This document shows positions 26,627 through 32,000 of a DNA stretch of 32,000 nucleotides, one piece after another; positions within the stretch are counted from its first letter, which is position 1, and each line of letters starts with the position of its first letter. The position numbers and the translations under genes were made by a program. Source of the stretch: Desulfocapsa sulfexigens DSM 10523 (GTDB lineage Bacteria; Desulfobacterota; Desulfobulbia; Desulfobulbales; Desulfocapsaceae); assembly GCF_000341395.1 (NCBI RefSeq), contig NC_020304.1, forward strand, positions 630,001 through 662,000, in the 5' to 3' direction. The notes under the pieces are model-generated. The model saw only the letters and a program-made list of their open reading frames with translations. It ran no database searches and was not told the origin of the DNA.

Positions 26627-26743
26627 CTCACAATCTAGAATATACTACAAAGTATGCACAGACCAATGGAAAGTATCGTTTTCCCAGGCTGCATAGACCT
26701 AAGGGGACAAAAGAAAAATGAATGATCAACGAGAGGATGAATA

Positions 26744-27376
26744 ATGAAAAGACTAGTAATTGGCGTTCTGGCTTTAATTGGCAGCACCGGGATATGCTCA
26801 ACAGCATTTGGAGTAATAACAGGATCGGATCATGACTTCAGTGGGTCAAACTGGAGTAGTGGACAAATTTGTCTGCCCTGTCACGCACCTCATAACGGAA
26901 CAGTTATCGCTGATGCTCCCCTATGGAATCATGATGTCTCAGAGGCCAGCTATACCCTGTACTCCAGTGCCACCCTCGATGCCGATGATCTTTCACAGCC
27001 CGCCGGCGTCTCAAAGCTCTGCCTTTCCTGCCATGACGGAACCGTTGCTATCGATGCCTTTACTGGCCATGACGGTACTATTTTTATAGGAACAATCGGA
27101 ACAGGCAGTGGAGATCTTGGCTCAGCCCTGAATAATGACCATCCCGTATCTTTCACTTATGACAGTGCCCTTGCTACCGCAGACGGTGGTCTTTGGGATC
27201 CAAGCTCAAAAAGTTCAGGAATAACAGAGGGTGGTACAATTGATAGCGACATGCTTTTTGCCGGACGGATGGAATGTGCATCCTGTCATGATGTTCATAA
27301 TAAATATGAGAACACGAGTCTTCTCTTAATAGATAACGATGGCTCTAACCTCTGCCTCACCTGCCACAACAAGTAA
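26744..27376 (+). CDS. Small secreted tetrahaem c-type cytochrome
   Basis: 210 aa with the signal peptide MKRLVIGVLALIGSTGICSTAFG. It has 4 CXXCH motifs (CLPCH, CLSCH, CASCH, CLTCH) and six further His residues (SDHDF, APHNG, LWNHD, TGHDG, NDHPV, DVHNK). The spacers are Gly/Ser/Thr/Asp-rich and look loop-like. GAGAGGA lies 6-7 nt upstream of the ATG. Confidence 0.9.
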   Translation: MKRLVIGVLALIGSTGICSTAFGVITGSDHDFSGSNWSSGQICLPCHAPHNGTVIADAPLWNHDVSEASYTLYSSATLDADDLSQPAGVSKLCLSCHDGTVAIDAFTGHDGTIFIGTIGTGSGDLGSALNNDHPVSFTYDSALATADGGLWDPSSKSSGITEGGTIDSDMLFAGRMECASCHDVHNKYENTSLLLIDNDGSNLCLTCHNK

Positions 27377-27468
27377 CAGGACAATCCGCCATAGGCTGTC
27401 TTCCGTCTGCCCATGCACGTCACGTGTGTGGGTGGACTTTGTTGTTTTCACGGTACCACTTAAAAACC

Positions 27469-28548
27469 ATGCAAAAACCATATCGTTTCTCAGACACACA
27501 GCTGTTATTTCCCCTCCTCTGTCTGCTACTCCTGAGCAGTTGTGCCAGGCCGGTAGAAGAAGCAGCACTCATTTTCTACCCACCACCACCAGAACGCCCG
27601 AGACTTCAGTTTCTCACAGCCATCTCCTCGGAAACAGACCTGGCAGTCAAAAGAGATGCCTTTGACAGCTTTCTCTTTGGTCCCGACCTGTCCTTTTCCT
27701 CCATCGGTCGCCCCTACGACATAGCCTCAGACAGGGGAAGCATCTACCTTATTGACCGTCAGTCCAACAAGATACTCACCATTGATCTGGTGAACAAGGA
27801 CTTCACCGAACTACGAGCCACCGGACGGGGGGCACTCCGTTCCCCGTCAGGTATCTGGGTCACCTCGGATGGCTTCAAGTACATTGCTGACATAAAACGC
27901 CAGCAGATTGTCACCTTCAACAGCAGTAATGAGTTCATCCGTGCCTACGGTAATAAAGAGCTGTTTAATAAACCGGTTGATGTTGCTGTTTATAACAACA
28001 ACATCTATGTCTGCGACATGGTCAAAAGTCAGATCATTGTCCTCGACAGAGATTCGGGAGAAGTCGTTATGACCGTTGGGGAGAGTGGATCCGAAGAGGG
28101 GCAGCTGCATAAGCCGACACATGTAACAGTGGACAAACATGGAAATGTTTTTGTCAATGACGCCTTTAATTTTAGAGTCCAGCAATTTGACAGTTCTGGA
28201 GTATTTGTGAAAACTTTTGGCTTCCACGGAGACCGCATGGGAGGAATGGCCAGAAGCAAAGGGCTGGATGTAGATCAGGAAGGAAATTTGTATGTGGCGG
28301 ATGCGGCCTTTGAATATGTACAGATTTTCAACAAAGACGGTCAACTGCTCCTTTTCTTCGGTGGCCCTGGAAATGCTCCTGGAAATATGTACCTTCCGGC
28401 CGGGGTCCATATTGATTATGAGAACATCCAATTCTTCAATACATTTGCAGACCCGAATTTCAAACTGAAATACCTCCTCTATGTGTGCAATATGAGTGGT
28501 TCAAATAAGGTCAATGTCTATGGATATGGAGACTGGAGCGGTGAATAA
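27469..28548 (+). CDS. NHL-repeat beta-propeller lipoprotein (NHL-2)
   Basis: I trimmed the track ORF (GTG at 27424) to the ATG at 27469, giving MQKPYRFSDTQLLFPLLCLLLLSSC with the lipobox LSSC. A PPPPERP linker follows. NHL blades include PYDIASDRGSIYLIDRQSNKILTI, PSGIWVTSDGFKYIADIKRQQIVTF, PVDVAVYNNNIYVCDMVKSQIIVL, PTHVTVDKHGNVFVNDAFNFRVQQF and GLDVDQEGNLYVADAAFEYVQIF. Confidence 0.85.
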   Translation: MQKPYRFSDTQLLFPLLCLLLLSSCARPVEEAALIFYPPPPERPRLQFLTAISSETDLAVKRDAFDSFLFGPDLSFSSIGRPYDIASDRGSIYLIDRQSNKILTIDLVNKDFTELRATGRGALRSPSGIWVTSDGFKYIADIKRQQIVTFNSSNEFIRAYGNKELFNKPVDVAVYNNNIYVCDMVKSQIIVLDRDSGEVVMTVGESGSEEGQLHKPTHVTVDKHGNVFVNDAFNFRVQQFDSSGVFVKTFGFHGDRMGGMARSKGLDVDQEGNLYVADAAFEYVQIFNKDGQLLLFFGGPGNAPGNMYLPAGVHIDYENIQFFNTFADPNFKLKYLLYVCNMSGSNKVNVYGYGDWSGE

Positions 28549-28598
28549 TAATTGCTAGCAGACTTGACAGAACCATCCCATATAAAGAAAAATAACTA

Positions 28599-29294
28599 AT
28601 GCACAAAATTTCCATCCACATAGTAATGATGTTTTTTCTAACAGCTTCCCTCAGCGGATGTGAAGCGAAAAAACAGCATGAAGTGCTTACCTTTTTCTTC
28701 ACCGGGGTTCCCCCCTTGGAGGAAACAGCTGCTGTAACAAGTGATCAGGAACTTCAGGATGTACGGGAGACAACGCCGGGGCCAAAAACTGTACAGGTTC
28801 AAACCCTCTATTCCCACCCGGTATGGGCCGCCGGCGTCTGCGACCCATGTCATGGAAGTACGGGAACATTCAGCACTCCCGGGGTCCAGAAACAACCTCA
28901 AACAGTCTTCAAAACAGGTGGCGGTATGCCTGGTGAACTCACCCTGCCGAAAACGAAACTCTGCATACAATGCCACAGAGACAAAACACCTTTACGGGCA
29001 CTTACAGAACGACTCTGGCTACATAACACAACGGCAAAAGGGGATTGCATGGCATGTCACGATCCCCATCAGAGCAAGAATAAAAACACCTTGCGAAAGC
29101 CACCGGTAAAAATCTGTCTTTCATGCCATGAAAATGGGACTTTTATGGCAACACCAGCCCACCAGACAGGAGAAGACTGCCTTTCCTGCCATACTCCACA
29201 CATGGGCCTCAATAAAAATTTACTCAAAAACGAATATCAGGAGCAGAAAACGCCAGCGCTCCAAATCCCAGAGACAATGGTACAGGGTCGGTAA
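28599..29294 (+). CDS. Pentahaem c-type cytochrome lipoprotein
   Basis: 231 aa with a canonical lipobox (LTASLSGC). It has 5 CXXCH motifs: CDPCH, CIQCH, CMACH, CLSCH and CLSCH. Confidence 0.9.
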   Translation: MHKISIHIVMMFFLTASLSGCEAKKQHEVLTFFFTGVPPLEETAAVTSDQELQDVRETTPGPKTVQVQTLYSHPVWAAGVCDPCHGSTGTFSTPGVQKQPQTVFKTGGGMPGELTLPKTKLCIQCHRDKTPLRALTERLWLHNTTAKGDCMACHDPHQSKNKNTLRKPPVKICLSCHENGTFMATPAHQTGEDCLSCHTPHMGLNKNLLKNEYQEQKTPALQIPETMVQGR

Positions 29295-29334
29295 CATCAT
29301 TTTACAAGAAAAAAAGAAATGATCTCAAAAAGAA

Positions 29335-31401
29335 ATGCACTCTTCCTATAACCTCTTCCCAGTGACCCTGTTTGTCCTGCTCCCGCTGTTTTTTCTTCTC
29401 ATGGGGCCAGTACAAATCCAGGCTGCTGAAGAAACGGAAACGGGTGAAGTTCAGGCTCCGACAACCCCTCCTGTCTCATCACCCATTCCCAGGCCACGAA
29501 TGACGGCAGTGCCCAATGGTCTTCTTGGACAGAACTATTTTATTAAACGGCCGGGTATGGGAGCAGGACTCACCTATGAATACAAAGATGAGTCGCGGAC
29601 AACCAGTGGAACCACTGTCAAAGACAGCTATCACAGATTTAAAGAACGGGTGAGACTGCAAACGGATGGATGGCTATATCATCCAGCGCTTATGCAATAT
29701 TCCCTGATGATTGAACCGGAGTGGATCCAGTCAAAAGAAGTTAACACTTCAGGAGAAACTGGCAGAGTCAACTCCTTTTCACCAGACTATGCAATGACCG
29801 CGACCTTCCTTCAGCAAAAGCCCTACACCTTTAACTTTTTTGCCAGCCGACGAGAATCTCCGGTGTGGGCAGCATTTGCCGGTGACACTGAAACTCTTGT
29901 CGACACATACGGCACAAATATACGACTCAAATATAAAATTTTACCAACCGTATTTGGGTACTCTCACGTCAAAACTGATCAGCAGGGTTACTATAGTTCA
30001 GAAAACATACGCGACAATTTCCATTTCACCTCGCGGCATCAAAATAACAGAAGCAGCACATCTTTCAGTTCCACCTACAGTGACGACAGGAGAAGCACCG
30101 AAGACAGTGATACTAAAATCACTACGTTCAACAACAGTCTCACGAACAACTATCAAATAACCAGTGACAATACAATCAAACTCAACTCATTCCTGACGTA
30201 CAGAACCCAGGATAGTGATGTGTTTGATACAGCGAACCTCCGACTGCGAGAACAGCTGAACTGGCGGCATCGTGCAAATCTGCGATCAAACTATTCATTT
30301 ACCCACACCCTGCAGGAAACCGACAACACACAGTCCGAAAGAACAGCACTCGATGCCCGCTTAACACATCTTTTATATGAAAACCTCACCACAAACGTCG
30401 GAAGCAAAGGCAGTCTCTATGATTACTCAGGGGGACGGGAGAATGCGTTCAATACTTTTCTTAATTTCACATACACCCGTCCCATCTCCTGGGGTACCCT
30501 GAATCTAAACAGCGGTTGGGACTACCTCTATACAGACCGCAGCGGATTCACCAGTTCAATTGCTCAGGTAACCAATGAACCACACACCCTGAGCCCTGCC
30601 ACCGAAACCTACCTGGCCAACTATGGCGTACGAACTGAGTCCATCGTTGTAACCAATACTCCCGGAACAATCATCTATATTGAAAACATAGACTACAGCG
30701 TCGACACCATCGGTGATTACACCAGAATAAATTTTCTCTCCTTTGGCTCCATAGCAGCCGGACAATCTGTCATGGTCAGCTACAGCTACACCCGAGATGC
30801 AGAGTATGATGACGGTATAGCCACCGAGAACTATGGTATGAACATACATTTGTTTAATAGCTTGGATTTTTCCTACAATTACCTGCACACCAAACAACAC
30901 ATTCTTTCTGGCCTGGAACCAAAGAACAAAATTGATGATACCATCCACAGATTCAAAATTCGTCATTACACAAACTGGGCTGATACCACCTTCCACTATG
31001 AAGACAACGACCGTGTTTCCAACCGTCCCTTTACCAGATGGGAACTCCAGGAGACATTAAGCTACAGGCCTGCATGGCAAGTACACTTTTCACTCAAGGG
31101 ATATTTTGGCCAAACCTCCTATACAGATGATAATGAAACAAAAGACTTTTATGGAGGAGTCACTACCTTTGACTGGCTCCTCAACCGCTGGTGCAGGTTT
31201 CGGTTGGAAGGGTATTATGACAATATCAATGGGGATGTGGAACAGACAGAAAATATCGGTGTCAAGGCAGGACTGGAATTCCGCTACCGTATCTGGACAG
31301 CACGACTAACCTATGAACTCACTGACCAGAACAATATAATAACGGATTATGAGCGAACGAAACAACTCCTTCGTTTTGAAATTATCCGCATCATGTGGTG
31401 A
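29335..31401 (+). CDS. Large outer-membrane beta-barrel protein. Candidate porin partner of the adjacent lipoprotein cytochrome.
   Basis: 688 aa. The signal peptide ends IQA-AEE and is followed by a Pro-rich linker (APTTPPVSSPIPRP). The rest is Y/T/N/S/R-rich with alternating hydrophobic and polar stretches throughout. There is only one Cys. The C-terminus, LLRFEIIRIMW, ends in an aromatic residue as in typical OMP C-terminal signatures. Confidence 0.75.
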   Translation: MHSSYNLFPVTLFVLLPLFFLLMGPVQIQAAEETETGEVQAPTTPPVSSPIPRPRMTAVPNGLLGQNYFIKRPGMGAGLTYEYKDESRTTSGTTVKDSYHRFKERVRLQTDGWLYHPALMQYSLMIEPEWIQSKEVNTSGETGRVNSFSPDYAMTATFLQQKPYTFNFFASRRESPVWAAFAGDTETLVDTYGTNIRLKYKILPTVFGYSHVKTDQQGYYSSENIRDNFHFTSRHQNNRSSTSFSSTYSDDRRSTEDSDTKITTFNNSLTNNYQITSDNTIKLNSFLTYRTQDSDVFDTANLRLREQLNWRHRANLRSNYSFTHTLQETDNTQSERTALDARLTHLLYENLTTNVGSKGSLYDYSGGRENAFNTFLNFTYTRPISWGTLNLNSGWDYLYTDRSGFTSSIAQVTNEPHTLSPATETYLANYGVRTESIVVTNTPGTIIYIENIDYSVDTIGDYTRINFLSFGSIAAGQSVMVSYSYTRDAEYDDGIATENYGMNIHLFNSLDFSYNYLHTKQHILSGLEPKNKIDDTIHRFKIRHYTNWADTTFHYEDNDRVSNRPFTRWELQETLSYRPAWQVHFSLKGYFGQTSYTDDNETKDFYGGVTTFDWLLNRWCRFRLEGYYDNINGDVEQTENIGVKAGLEFRYRIWTARLTYELTDQNNIITDYERTKQLLRFEIIRIMW

Positions 31402-31404
31402 ACC

Positions 31405-32000
31405 ATGTCTCTTCAACAAAGACAGAACATACATAAAATGATACAGAAAAAGTCCCACTTCAGCGGCATAGCCATTCTCCTGCTCCTCTTTTCCATTCTT
31501 TCTCTGCATGGCTGCACATCCAAACCCCTTGATCCACCTCCCCCACCTGTTGATCTGGTGTGGCCCGGAGGAGAAGAAATTTCACGGATCCGCTTTCTTG
31601 GCAGTATCTCAAAACCCGAAGATTTTCAGATAACAGAATCCTTCCTGGTCCGTTTTTGGGGCTATATCGTTGGTCACCAGGACAGGAGTCTGGTGGCCCC
31701 CTATGCAATAACCGGTGACAGGAAGGGCAGACTCTTTGTTGTTGACACCTTTTTACAAAAAGTTCAGTGCTTCGACGCTGCCGCCAAAAAATTCCACGCT
31801 TTCCCCGCTGAAGACAAACCCATGACATCTCCCATAGCCATCGCTGTAAACAACAGTACTAGCTTGATCTATGTTGCAGACTCCAAAGATGGCATAATCA
31901 AGGTTTTCAAGGGAGTAGATGATACCAATCCACAAAGCATTGGCAAAAATATCCTGCAACGTCCCACTGGCCTTGCTGTTCACCTGGAAAGGAACGAACT
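31405..32000 (+). CDS. NHL-repeat beta-propeller lipoprotein (NHL-3). Partial, continuing beyond the window.
   Basis: Absent from the ORF track because it is truncated. My translation reads MSLQQRQNIHKMIQKKSHFSGIAILLLLFSILSLHGCTSKPLDPPPPPVDLVWPGGEEISRIRFLGSISKPEDF...APYAITGDRKGRLFVVDTFLQKVQCF...PIAIAVNNSTSLIYVADSKDGIIKVF...PTGLAVHLERNE and stays open to the end of the window. The lipobox-like LHGC, the poly-Pro linker and the RxxFL motif parallel NHL-2. The ATG at 31438 is an alternative start. Confidence 0.75.
   Translation, partial: MSLQQRQNIHKMIQKKSHFSGIAILLLLFSILSLHGCTSKPLDPPPPPVDLVWPGGEEISRIRFLGSISKPEDFQITESFLVRFWGYIVGHQDRSLVAPYAITGDRKGRLFVVDTFLQKVQCFDAAAKKFHAFPAEDKPMTSPIAIAVNNSTSLIYVADSKDGIIKVFKGVDDTNPQSIGKNILQRPTGLAVHLERNE

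Noticed and set aside
26437-26743. A possible cyclic-dinucleotide (GEMM-type) riboswitch upstream of the tetrahaem cytochrome. I also looked upstream of the 7-haem gene at 19120-19427.
   Set aside because: I looked for the GGCAAA ... GAAA tetraloop ... ACGCAAAGC core and found no convincing match in either spacer. Only an Infernal scan could settle it.
1-32000. Mobile elements, CRISPR arrays, tRNA/rRNA genes, defence or toxin-antitoxin systems
   Set aside because: I saw no transposase, integrase or recombinase-like ORFs, no regularly spaced direct repeats, no tRNA-like or rRNA-like segments and no small paired toxin-antitoxin ORFs when reading the window.

Overview
The window holds about 27 protein-coding genes. 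I recognised no rRNA, tRNA, CRISPR array or mobile element. Positions 1-3276 are on the minus strand and everything after about 3858 is on the plus strand. There are four blocks. (1) 1-3276 (-): an ABC exporter operon with a MacB/LolD-type ATPase, an FtsX-type permease, a LolA-like sorting protein and a signal-peptide protein that runs off the window edge. (2) 3858-8361 (+): a run of envelope and secreted proteins, namely a DUF799-like lipoprotein, a DUF4892/OmpA protein, two hypothetical secreted proteins and a clear omptin-family (OmpT/Pla-like) outer-membrane protease. (3) 8698-16105 (+): a sucrose compatible-solute cluster (sucrose-phosphate synthase, sucrose-phosphate phosphatase, amylosucrase, fructokinase) followed by mgtE. 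(4) 16487-32000 (+): a CHASE4 histidine kinase and NarL/LuxR-type response regulator, then a very dense respiratory cluster. That cluster encodes six multihaem c-type cytochromes with 43 canonical CXXCH motifs (7+6+3+18+4+5) plus three variant motifs, a four-helix b-type membrane cytochrome, three paralogous NHL-repeat beta-propeller proteins and a 688-aa outer-membrane beta-barrel. An intrinsic terminator at about 26601-26626 splits it into two transcription units, and it continues past the 3' edge of the window. I read this cluster as a candidate complete inner-membrane-to-outer-membrane extracellular electron transfer system of uncharacterised composition: a CbcBA-like quinol module, an 18-haem repeat cytochrome, a small tetrahaem cytochrome and a lipoprotein-cytochrome/porin pair, with NHL propellers interleaved. 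It is the main finding. Gene content suggests an anaerobic Desulfobacterota/Geobacter-like organism, but taxonomy cannot be established from this window. All family calls rest on motifs I can read in the translations and on remembered family signatures. No database search was run.
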